Assembly (NCBI GenBank): GCA_050486305.1 | Contig: JBJHDA010000001.1 | Coordinates: 51,071-115,070 of the forward strand | Length of the DNA: 64,000 bases | Origin: Candidatus Saccharimonadota bacterium | GTDB lineage: Bacteria > Patescibacteriota > Saccharimonadia > Saccharimonadales > SLHW01 | Direction: 5' to 3' | Part shown: one piece after another, positions 26,401-33,963 of the stretch | How positions within the stretch are numbered: position 1 is the first letter of the stretch | Layout of the letters: each line of letters begins with the position of its first letter | Program-made: the position numbers and the translations under genes | The notes under the pieces: generated by a model | What the model was told of the DNA's origin: nothing | Database searches by the model: none | What the model saw: only the letters and a program-made list of their open reading frames with translations

Positions 26401-28439
26401 GCGACAGCACGATTGATGGCACACTTGATGTTACTGGTGAGGCAACGTTTGATGACGGTGTAACGATTACTGACGGTGGCATAGACGTAACAGGCGACAG
26501 CACGATCACTGGCAACCTTGGCCTAGACGGTAACTTCCAGATATTCGGTACCGGCACATTCACGAGCGGCACCGGTGCAGTTACCCTGCAAGGCGACACA
26601 GAAATAACCGGTGCAAATACCTTCACGGTTGGCACTGGTGCAACCACACTTGGCGGCAGTCTCCAGGTTGATGGCCAAACAACCTTCAACGATACCGTTA
26701 CGGTAAACGCTGGTACTGGAATCGTCGCTAGCTTCTCAGGCAGGGTAGCTGGTCAAGATGCAGTCGAGCAAGACGAATTTACTACCCTCGCACAGCTGCA
26801 ATCTGCCGTCGGTGCAGTCAACGCCTTCCTCCAAGGCGGTAACGCTTTCGATGAAGCAGCGGTGCTTGGTACGACTGACAACGAAGACCTACAGTTTATT
26901 ACTAATAACGAAGTCCGACTTACGGTAACTGCCGGTGGAGACATAACAATAGCCAATGCTCTCGCAGTAGGTGGTGATCTCACGGTAACTGGAGTGGCAA
27001 CCTTCGAGGACGGCCTTACGGTAACTGCTGGTGGGGCTGACATAACCGGTGATGTGTCAATTACTGGTGAACTAAGCGTGACTGGCCAAACGACATTTGA
27101 GGACGCTATCACCGTAAATGCTGGCACCGGTATTGTCGCCAGCTTCTCCGGACGTGTTTCCGGCGCGGATGCAGTCGAGCAAGACGAATTTACTACCCTC
27201 GCACAATTGCAATCTGCCGTCGGTGCAGTCAACGCCTTCCTCCAAGGCGGTAACGCTTTTGATGAAGCAGCAGTGCTTGGTACAACTGACAACTACAGTC
27301 TCCAATTCATTACCAACAATGAAGCCCGTCTTGCTATCGCCAATGACGGTGATGTTGCTATCGCCAACGCCCTGAGTGTCGGTGGACAGCTCACTGTCGT
27401 TTCTGGCGGTGCCGACATCACTGGAGATGTCCTCATAACAGGCGAGCTAACCGTTACAGGTGTGACAACCTTTACCGATATAATATTTGTCGATGCTGGC
27501 ACCGGTATTGTCGCCAGCTTCTCCGGACGTGTTTCCGGCGCGGATGCAGTCGAGCAAGACGAATTTGTGACCCTTGGTCAGGTTAGCAGCGCTACGGCTA
27601 ATGTCTTCACCCAACAGGGCAATAACTTTGGCGAACTTGCCGTCCTCGGTACCACTGACGACTACGGCCTCCAATTCATTACCAACAACGAAGTTCGGCT
27701 TTCCATTAACCATGATGGATCACTATCGAGTGTACAAATAGGTGACGGCTCCGACACAAGTGGGTCATCAACACTTCTGACGCTTGACCGTTCTGCGGGA
27801 CCACCTGTAGCCGACGACGATGCTTATCTTGGCTCAATGTACTATGACACCACAATCGGACGAATCCAGTGTTACGAAGCTGGCGGATGGGGCTCTTGTG
27901 GCTCTCCACCAGATAACATCGTTAATCTTGACCCAGAGTATGCCGGCGCTGTTCTCAACGGCAGTGGTATCGGCACCATGACTGCAGACTTCTGTGCGAA
28001 TGAATCGGGCGTGCTTTCAGTTAACTCCTCATTATGTGAAGAGGGTGAAGCGCTTAACTTCTACCGCTGGGCATCACCTCAGGCAACACAGCAAACCTAC
28101 GGTATCTACATTACATACCAGCTGCCTTCAACCTTTGACGGATTTGCCAGCGATGAAACCGTACAATTGACAGCTCGCCGTGACAACAGTAATGCCGAGG
28201 TAAGTTACGAAATGTTCCGTAACCAGGACGGTCAGATTACCCAGTGTGGCACTGAAACAGTTGTAACGACAGTCGACAATGTGTGGCAAACCGTCGGAAT
28301 CAATGGCGATGAGGCAACTGACTGTGGCTTTACCGCAGCATCTGCTAATGGCTACGTCATATTCAAGATAAATATGAAGGCAAGTAATAACGCGAATGCT
28401 TATTCAAGCACATTAACTTTCACGACGACTGGTCGATAG
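20484..28439 (+). CDS. Giant envelope fibre protein 2 (2651 aa): signal/anchor helix, conserved N-domain, beta-helix, seven FSGRV stalk modules including a large internal duplication, Cys-containing C-terminal tip domain
   Basis: Uninterrupted 8-kb ORF. Hydrophobic helix at aa 44-64 followed by TIYA|SD. The N-domain is roughly 85 percent identical to giant 1 by eye. Beta-helix repeats (ITGSTFRNN, VDNLVQGN, ISNNMVQGN, VADNTIKDN, VTGNRVLNG, ISGNTVAEN, VTANTVRGN, ITSNRISN) span about 22480-23610. A 579-aa period duplication is present. Confidence 0.85.
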   Translation: MPKTIPSVGRHAYLRIPVKLWQLLQHIVVGLVRSSLSQNKSSAVGGILVAFTLFLMIFGTVFLHFQKTIYASDTLNFQARLLTSSGSVAPDGVYNVEFKLYDQESGGTELWTETRLTTDSSDLQVTVRSGYLSVYLGDKTGFPGSIDWNDQLYLTMNIGGTSGTPAWDGEMTPRIRLTSVPFAFQADRANVATELEDRQGSNTGSLRFGALTNDRNILLPNSSGTVALLQTAQTFSGAITFSASGTGLTVTNSAIIGGSLTVDGDTLRVNSSTSRVGIGTTSPDARLTVTGGADEVQLRVGANGVQTSDIFQITDSTNNVLAGFNSLGQLFLRDSGFRATLETATLTDDHSYVLPDVGGTFCLTSGNCSGVGGQVGGTGTAGRIAMFTAVSDIADSFLSQDADSIIIDAGRNLAVNNNTLFVDGDTGRVGIGTTSPEYLLDVQDGTGTVARFSGRVIGGEAVNSDEFVTLAQLESAVGATGAYVLGGNAFGELAVLGTTDNYGLQFVTNGQARLTIANSGEITAANALSVDGQLTVTSGGANITGNVAITGGLTVTDASTFESAVTITDGGLDVTGPVILQGNTEITDANTFTVGTGATTLGGTLSVDGIATFNNEVIIAAEQSIRLVGGDTASRPASPEEGTLYFDTQTNRLLVYANGKWQADRSIATVIVAPEDATQAAKDSADFVVPDSADDAQDTLNAAIATLPSSGGTVYLLEGTYLISGSIELPDNTTLAGAGTATVIKVRDSHDASFNALENADATGGNNNITLRDFALDGNRSEQAAGEMNGIFLENVGSDTGGDGLNGITITNVSVNNFSHRGLTAVNLRNSTITGSTFRNNDDTGIALGGSLVGHNNIVDNLVQGNREMGIHVEGGGFNNISNNMVQGNRRTGIRVDAPGNLVADNTIKDNGLTSRSLYINSDGNTVTGNRVLNGSAIGIGVEGDNNLISGNTVAENALRGIEVNGDSNTVTANTVRGNGEAAISIISSSNGTLITSNRISNINTEPAIDIVSGAENTYLSNNTYSGSADPFIVDASSTTIYANQIGNNGAIINRTADSEAMFQLQASNGDVLFNADTQNMRIGIGTDAPEYALDVVTADAISARFSGRVIGAAAVNANEFVTLAQLESATGVVGSAFLQGGNAFDEAAVLGTTDAYGLNLITDGTTRLAISEVGNITLADDVLYVDAVNERVQIGSSDSIDARLSVIGGADQTQLLVRAHATQTSPLVLLQDSTGGELARLNATDSSLYLGFEAGGSTASGDNNIGIGASALGAVSTGAANTTLGSGALASVSIGSNNTAVGYNAGNLLTGSNNILLGYEAGSNIEDGSNNIIIGYSLGASSPNVSNELRIGGILQGNLDTLELTFNGDVTVTGGLTVQDGLVVTAGGIDVTGDSTIDGTLDVTGEATFDDGVTITDGGIDVTGDSTITGNLGLDGNFQIFGTGTFTSGTGAVTLQGDTEITGANTFTVGTGATTLGGSLQVDGQTTFNDTVTVNAGTGIVASFSGRVAGQDAVEQDEFTTLAQLQSAVGAVNAFLQGGNAFDEAAVLGTTDNEDLQFITNNEVRLTVTAGGDITIANALAVGGDLTVTGVATFEDGLTVTAGGIDVIGDSAITGNLDITGDITATGDAVFAAETDSTTTFQIQNATGAALFNADTQNMRIGIGTDAPEYALDVVTADAISARFSGRVIGAAAVNANEFVTLAQLESATGVVGSAFLQGGNAFDEAAVLGTTDAYGLNLITDGTTRLAISEVGNITLADDVLYVDAVNERVQIGSSDSIDARLSVIGGADQTQLLVRAHATQTSPLVLLQDSTGGELARLNATDSSLYLGFEAGGSTASGDNNIGIGASALGAVSTGAANTTLGSGALASVSIGSNNTAVGYNAGNLLTGSNNILLGYEAGSNIEDGSNNIIIGYSLGASSPNVSNELRIGGILQGNLDTLELTFNGDVTVTGGLTVQDGLVVTAGGIDVTGDSTIDGTLDVTGEATFDDGVTITDGGIDVTGDSTITGNLGLDGNFQIFGTGTFTSGTGAVTLQGDTEITGANTFTVGTGATTLGGSLQVDGQTTFNDTVTVNAGTGIVASFSGRVAGQDAVEQDEFTTLAQLQSAVGAVNAFLQGGNAFDEAAVLGTTDNEDLQFITNNEVRLTVTAGGDITIANALAVGGDLTVTGVATFEDGLTVTAGGADITGDVSITGELSVTGQTTFEDAITVNAGTGIVASFSGRVSGADAVEQDEFTTLAQLQSAVGAVNAFLQGGNAFDEAAVLGTTDNYSLQFITNNEARLAIANDGDVAIANALSVGGQLTVVSGGADITGDVLITGELTVTGVTTFTDIIFVDAGTGIVASFSGRVSGADAVEQDEFVTLGQVSSATANVFTQQGNNFGELAVLGTTDDYGLQFITNNEVRLSINHDGSLSSVQIGDGSDTSGSSTLLTLDRSAGPPVADDDAYLGSMYYDTTIGRIQCYEAGGWGSCGSPPDNIVNLDPEYAGAVLNGSGIGTMTADFCANESGVLSVNSSLCEEGEALNFYRWASPQATQQTYGIYITYQLPSTFDGFASDETVQLTARRDNSNAEVSYEMFRNQDGQITQCGTETVVTTVDNVWQTVGINGDEATDCGFTAASANGYVIFKINMKASNNANAYSSTLTFTTTGR
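23700..25297. repeat. Direct repeat copy 1 (1598 bp) inside giant gene 2
   Basis: Identical to 25437-27034 at every position I compared, including both boundaries and several internal 60-nt lines. The offset is 1737 bp (3 x 579), so it is in frame. Confidence 0.9.
25437..27034. repeat. Direct repeat copy 2 (1598 bp) inside giant gene 2
   Basis: See copy 1. The copies are separated by a unique 139-bp segment (25298-25436). Identity breaks at 23699/25436 and at 25298/27035. Confidence 0.9.
27118..27191. repeat. 74-bp exact direct repeat, copy 1 (FSGRVSGADAVEQDEF module core)
   Basis: atgctggcaccggtattgtcgccagcttctccggacgtgtttccggcgcggatgcagtcgagcaagacgaattt recurs exactly at 27493-27566. The offset is 375 bp (125 aa). 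Confidence 0.85.
27493..27566. repeat. 74-bp exact direct repeat, copy 2
   Basis: See 27118-27191. Confidence 0.85.
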
Positions 28440-28458
28440 GGGTGAGTAGGATACAGTC

Positions 28459-31400
28459 ATGATAGAATACAGACATAAGAGGAAACAAAAAAGGGAAGCA
28501 AGTACCGTCGTGAAGTTCGCAAAACGATTCAACTCCACAGACAACAACCAGCAGTTTGCACAAAACTGGCTCACTCGTGCGTGGACTGGCTTACGCCACC
28601 CTATACGCTCACTCAAGGCGTCTACCCGTCGGCGCCGTTTTGTCACCTGGGGGCTAGTCCTCTTGGCTGTAGTTGTTCTTGGCTTGACATCGGCATTCAT
28701 ATATATGCGGTTGCAGGCTACTAACTATGATATAACTGCTTTTGAGGGAGTGTTGCTCGATGAGCCGATTGATTTGTATGGGGAGCGACTTGTATTTGAT
28801 GAGGACCGCGAAAAGTATGTCTATAACGATAATTATCTGGCAAATGTTGATGTAGCCGGGCAGGTGTTTGCGCCGAAAGTTACCGCTTATTTCCATGATA
28901 GTCCCTCGGATGGCGTAGAGGTTGTTGACCCAATCAATGATGTTTCGATTACCTTAAAACCATTGTTTCGCAGCGGTTCTCCCCAAAAGAATTTAAATCG
29001 AATCGTGTATCCACTGGCTGGCAACCGTGCAACCAAGATCTACACCCTCAAGGCAAACTCTATAAAAGAAGATATAATCCTGCATGAGTATCAGGGGAAC
29101 GAGCTGAGTTTTGCATATGAGCTAGATCTGCCAGATGGAACTGAGGCTCGATTGGAGTCCGATGGTTCAGTTGGGGTGTATGGAGTGGATAGCATCTTCC
29201 TGGGTGATATTGCGACCGGAAGCGAAGAGGACGAGAGACTTGTAGAAAGTGTACGGGAGAACGGTGAGCGAACTGAGCTCCTGTTTCATCTTCCAGCCCC
29301 GTTTGTAATTGAGGAAAACAAACGAAGCAGTGAAGCAGATGCTTGGTTTACACTCGAGGATGACATCCTAACACTTCATGCTGATAATCTAGATAAAGGT
29401 AATTATCCGCTCAGCATTGACCCAAGCGTGTATGTTGAGTCAGCTATGCAGTTCATGCGGGGCAACAATGAAACAAATGTCTACTTCGATGTAGATTATG
29501 ATTTGATACGGAAAGCAGGGTTTACGGGGGCTAGCTTTGACTCCTGGTCTCCGACACTGGAGTTAAACCAAGGTGTATGGGGTGCAGGTGCGGTAGCAGC
29601 TGGAGGGTATGTGTACTCCGTGGGCGGGAATGATGGTACGAACAATATAAGTAATGTCTACTGGTCAAGATTAAACACCGTCAACTACACGATGATGAGT
29701 CCGAACCCTGGCGATGGCGCCTGCACGAACTGGTGTACTAATGAGAATTATGATTTACCTGAGGCTCTGACCGGACTATCGTTGGTCGCATATAACGGTT
29801 ACTTATACGCCATTGGTGGAGAAGATGATTCGGGTGAGCGGTCTGATCGTGTCTATATCGCAAAACTGGGCAATAATGGTGAGCCGAGATTGTGGCACCC
29901 CACAAGTACTGATGAGAGCGAGTGGGTGTACTGGTATACAGATGCGGATTTTGATTTAAGTTCCGAGCGTAGTTATCACGCGGCTGTCGCTTACGAAAAT
30001 CGATTATATGTATTAGGTGGGCAAACTGATACAGATACAACTGGCATAACTACAGTAGAATTTGTCGACATACAGCCTAACGGTACCCTTAGTAGCTGGT
30101 CGGATACTGGAATGACACCGCTGCCCCCAGGCGCAGGACGACAGCATCTATCAGCGGAAGTCTATAATGATCGAATATATGTGATAGGTGGATCAGAGGG
30201 CTCGATTACAACCGACAACATCGTGGACAGTGTTTTTTACGCTAAGCTAGAAGATGGCACTATGAGCGATTGGGAAGAGACTAGCTCGTTATCATCCCCT
30301 AGTATGGCTTGGGGAGGCGGCTTTACTGCTGTATGGGGAGGACACATTTATCACTCAGGAGGGTGTGCTGAGGTAATTGAAGAAGACCTAGGTGAAGGTA
30401 TAGAGGAGGGTGCAGCGTGCACTGATTTTACCCAAGCTACACAGTTTTCATCCATCAATTCCGACGGCAGTCTTGCGGCTTGGCATACGGTTAGTGACGG
30501 AGACATTCAGCGAATAGGGCATAACTTGGTTGGCTGGAATGGCGTGCTATATCAGGTGGGAGGATGCTCGGCTCAAGATGATTCAGGTAATTGTACTACA
30601 ATTCACAATGAATCGAACTACGCTCCTATTAATCAGGCAGGCGATATATCTGAATTAAGCTTGTCTAGTGCTAGCGGCAGCGGCACATGTGACGGAGCTG
30701 AACCTTATGACTGCCATTTGCCACCGACTGGAAACGGATCAGGTGAGGGTGGCCAGAAGTTGACCGCCTCGACCATATTAAACGGTCATTTGTACGTAAT
30801 AGGTGGCTGCATAGACACTGACTGCAACAACGCGTCTGGCAATGTCTCATACACACAGGTCGCCACCGATGGCACTTTAGCGATGCCGGAGTCATGTGAC
30901 GGAACCTATTATGGGGCGTGGTGTGTTGATAGTTCAAATCAAGTCAATGGCAACCAAGGTGTAGCAGCCGCCAGCATCACCGTATTTAACAATGTTATAT
31001 ACGTAGTAGGCGGAACGGATGGAAACTCAAACACCAACACCATCTTCCGTAATACTGTGGAGAGCGACGGTAGTTTAAGCGGCTCATGGATATCTCAGAA
31101 TCTTTCAGGAGGAGCTGGAGTAGGAGCAACTAGCCTGTCCCATACTTTTGCTTATGCCAGGGCTATTCCTGGATCTAGTTCTATCCCTGGCAATCTGTAT
31201 ATATTTGGTGGCTGTAGCGACACTTCAGGCTCTGAGTGTGTGGGCGGAAGCTACGAAGAGGTAGTATATAAATGTGATATTGGAAATGATGGCGCGATAG
31301 ATAATTGCGATAGCACGGGCCAGCTACAGATAAATGCTGCTAGCGGAGCTTCTGACTCTGGACTGGCACTGCATGGAGGGGCAGTTTTCAGTGATTATAT

Positions 31401-33900
31401 ATATTTAGTGGGGGGTGCTGCTCCTGGCCAAAGCAACTTAAATACGGTTAGATATGCAATGTTTGATGAAAATAACGACGTAGTGGCGGTAAGTGGCGGT
31501 TCTTGGGTAGAATCTACTTCCTTGTTGAATAATGAGGTTGCTGGTGGTGATAGCTTTGCCCTTAATGGCTACTTGTATTCTGTAGGTGGTTACAGTGACA
31601 GTGCTGTGCTGGATAGTATGGAGTTTTCTAAAATCAATCCGAATGACGGTAGTCTTGATAATTTCGCGACATCCAGTACAAGTATAGATTCTAGATGGGG
31701 GCAGAGCATTGTTGTGTCTAACTCTAGGGCGTATATATTGGGTGGGTGTGGCAGTGGAGCTGGGTCCGGCAGCTGCTCCCAGCTGGAAGAGACAGTACGT
31801 ACTGTGCAGATTCATAATAACGCAAGTGGCTCCCCAGCCAATTATTCCGCAGCCGATAATCTTTTCAGTACTGACCGAATAGCGGCAGGCTCGGCAATTT
31901 ATGACGGGTACATATATATAGCAGGTGGATGCACAGACAGTGCAAGCTGTATAAATCTAACAACAGACGTCCAGTATGCTCCTCTGGATGAACAGGGTAA
32001 TATTGGTAGCTGGTCGACTGCGACGGCTGACCTACCTGCAGACAGGGCTTGGGGCAGGCTAGAGGTAGCAGGAGGTACACTCTACTATATCGGTGGACAG
32101 GATGGGTCTGGTAACGCATCTGCGGACATATACTATGCCATTCCATCCTCGGGCGATGTAAGTAACTGGAATATAGTCAGTAACGGTTTACCGGAAGCTA
32201 GAACTCAGCACAGCACCGCCGTTTGGGACGATAGGATATACGTAACTGGCGGAGAAGATGGAAACGGGGTACTACAAGACAGTGTGTATGTAAGTCCGCA
32301 GCTAAGTTCAGGAGGTGATATAACCAATAGCTGGACTTCATCTACTGTATTCGAAGGAGCAAGACGAGGCCATACAGCAGCTGTTTATGCTAACAATATC
32401 TATGTAATAGGCGGTTACGATGGCGATAATTATTTAAGTGATGTCCAGTATGCCTCTATAAATACTGATGGGTCGATAGGAGACTGGGCCTCTACTACTA
32501 GTCTGCCTATGCCCGTTCAACAAGGTGACGGTTTTGCGGCTGATGGATATATATACTTATTTGGCGGTAGGTTTGGCGACCAAGAAGAAAACTGCCTCAA
32601 TAGTACTTTTGTAGCGCCCATCAGCGCTAATACTTCAGAGGGTGAAGGCGGTAATCCAACAGGACTAGGCAGTTGGTTTGAGTCTGCATCACATTTTGGG
32701 GGAGAGAGGTTCGGTGTATCCGCTTCTTATCACGAAGGGAAAACATACGTGCTCGGAGGCGGATGTGCTGAACTGCTTAACGTTTCAGAGTTGTTCTCAA
32801 GCCCTGGTTTACATACTTTTACACCCCCTGAAGAAACCACCCAGGTAATAATAGAAGCATGGGGCGGCGGTGGTGGCGGTGGTCAAGGTGAAGCTGGCAG
32901 TGGAAATGCAGCCGGAGCCGGTGGTGGCGGTGGTGGGTACTCTCGTCATACTATGCCTATCAGTCAGGGCAACTACGATGTCTATGTAGGTGCTGGAGGC
33001 TCTTCTGGGAATGATGGAGAGGGGTCCTGGTTTGATGATTTGACAACCGCTTTTGCTGCTGGCGGCGGCGGCGCCGGTTGGGGACCTAGTTTTGGAGCCG
33101 GTGGTAGCGCAAATATCGGTAGTGACGCCACATTTGATGGTGGAGACGGTGGGACTGGGCATGACGCTGCTCAACCACCACTTCGTACTGGTGGTGGAGG
33201 TGGTGGCTCTGCATTCTTCGATGCTGATGGTGGCGACGGTCAGGCGGGAGATAGAGGGACTGGTGGAGCTGGGGGTATAGGTACTGGAGATGGTGGCGAC
33301 GGAAACTCTGGTGCCGGCACTGGTGGCTCAGGATCGATTCCTGGTGCCGGCGGCGGCGGCGGCGGATATGAGGGAACAGGAGGCAGCGGTGCTACAGGTA
33401 GGGTCATCGTTTTTTACGATGAGTGGAGCGAGCTCGTATTGTCTGGCGCCAACAGGGTGTCAGTAGGCTCTCTTGAGACCCAGCCACAGACTGCAAACTA
33501 TTCGTATATAGTTGATACCGATACCGATGTATTCCCTTATGCATGGTTGATGAACGGCACGAATGACACAAATACTTTACCGTGGCGGATGGAATACCTA
33601 TCATCTACATCTGTTGCAGTCACTTGGGGTCAGAACACTGATTACGAAGTCGTGACTTTTGGCCAACCAGAAACTTATGTTCCTCTCGACGACTCAGGTG
33701 TAGATACTAACTTCGCTAGATATTATTATTTCTCGGTATCAGTTGACAGCTCCACTATGTTCGGATTTCCATACGATGTATCAAGAGGTGCGACAGTTAC
33801 TGATATGACATTGTATTTCACTTCGAATCCGGGTCAACGCTTGCGCCACGGCAAAACGTTCACCGGCGGTGAACAACAGTCGTTTGATACTCCGTTTTAG
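28459..33900 (+). CDS. Giant envelope protein 3 (1813 aa): signal/anchor helix, unknown N-domain, 18 Kelch-like blades, polyglycine (Gly_rich-type) domain, unknown C-domain
   Basis: Starts 20 nt after the giant 2 stop. Hydrophobic helix FVTWGLVLLAVVVLGLTSAFIYM. I counted 18 occurrences of the blade motif x-[LIVAT]-Y-x-x-G-G, from YVYSVGG to KTYVLGG. The Gly-rich block HTFTPPEETTQVIIEAWGGGGGGG...GRVIVFYDEW spans 32809-33426. Confidence 0.85.
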   Translation: MIEYRHKRKQKREASTVVKFAKRFNSTDNNQQFAQNWLTRAWTGLRHPIRSLKASTRRRRFVTWGLVLLAVVVLGLTSAFIYMRLQATNYDITAFEGVLLDEPIDLYGERLVFDEDREKYVYNDNYLANVDVAGQVFAPKVTAYFHDSPSDGVEVVDPINDVSITLKPLFRSGSPQKNLNRIVYPLAGNRATKIYTLKANSIKEDIILHEYQGNELSFAYELDLPDGTEARLESDGSVGVYGVDSIFLGDIATGSEEDERLVESVRENGERTELLFHLPAPFVIEENKRSSEADAWFTLEDDILTLHADNLDKGNYPLSIDPSVYVESAMQFMRGNNETNVYFDVDYDLIRKAGFTGASFDSWSPTLELNQGVWGAGAVAAGGYVYSVGGNDGTNNISNVYWSRLNTVNYTMMSPNPGDGACTNWCTNENYDLPEALTGLSLVAYNGYLYAIGGEDDSGERSDRVYIAKLGNNGEPRLWHPTSTDESEWVYWYTDADFDLSSERSYHAAVAYENRLYVLGGQTDTDTTGITTVEFVDIQPNGTLSSWSDTGMTPLPPGAGRQHLSAEVYNDRIYVIGGSEGSITTDNIVDSVFYAKLEDGTMSDWEETSSLSSPSMAWGGGFTAVWGGHIYHSGGCAEVIEEDLGEGIEEGAACTDFTQATQFSSINSDGSLAAWHTVSDGDIQRIGHNLVGWNGVLYQVGGCSAQDDSGNCTTIHNESNYAPINQAGDISELSLSSASGSGTCDGAEPYDCHLPPTGNGSGEGGQKLTASTILNGHLYVIGGCIDTDCNNASGNVSYTQVATDGTLAMPESCDGTYYGAWCVDSSNQVNGNQGVAAASITVFNNVIYVVGGTDGNSNTNTIFRNTVESDGSLSGSWISQNLSGGAGVGATSLSHTFAYARAIPGSSSIPGNLYIFGGCSDTSGSECVGGSYEEVVYKCDIGNDGAIDNCDSTGQLQINAASGASDSGLALHGGAVFSDYIYLVGGAAPGQSNLNTVRYAMFDENNDVVAVSGGSWVESTSLLNNEVAGGDSFALNGYLYSVGGYSDSAVLDSMEFSKINPNDGSLDNFATSSTSIDSRWGQSIVVSNSRAYILGGCGSGAGSGSCSQLEETVRTVQIHNNASGSPANYSAADNLFSTDRIAAGSAIYDGYIYIAGGCTDSASCINLTTDVQYAPLDEQGNIGSWSTATADLPADRAWGRLEVAGGTLYYIGGQDGSGNASADIYYAIPSSGDVSNWNIVSNGLPEARTQHSTAVWDDRIYVTGGEDGNGVLQDSVYVSPQLSSGGDITNSWTSSTVFEGARRGHTAAVYANNIYVIGGYDGDNYLSDVQYASINTDGSIGDWASTTSLPMPVQQGDGFAADGYIYLFGGRFGDQEENCLNSTFVAPISANTSEGEGGNPTGLGSWFESASHFGGERFGVSASYHEGKTYVLGGGCAELLNVSELFSSPGLHTFTPPEETTQVIIEAWGGGGGGGQGEAGSGNAAGAGGGGGGYSRHTMPISQGNYDVYVGAGGSSGNDGEGSWFDDLTTAFAAGGGGAGWGPSFGAGGSANIGSDATFDGGDGGTGHDAAQPPLRTGGGGGGSAFFDADGGDGQAGDRGTGGAGGIGTGDGGDGNSGAGTGGSGSIPGAGGGGGGYEGTGGSGATGRVIVFYDEWSELVLSGANRVSVGSLETQPQTANYSYIVDTDTDVFPYAWLMNGTNDTNTLPWRMEYLSSTSVAVTWGQNTDYEVVTFGQPETYVPLDDSGVDTNFARYYYFSVSVDSSTMFGFPYDVSRGATVTDMTLYFTSNPGQRLRHGKTFTGGEQQSFDTPF

Positions 33901-33963
33901 GCTCAGGATGATTAACTATCAAAAACCGCTCAATACGCAACTGACTATGTCATAATACCTATC

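Noticed and set aside
32860-33370. Polyglycine-coding stretch as simple-sequence repeat, sequencing artefact or non-coding low-complexity DNA.
   Set aside because: The glycine codons are heterogeneous. The frame is maintained across 600 bp inside a 5.4-kb ORF. The Gly runs are interspersed with conserved-looking beta-strand segments.
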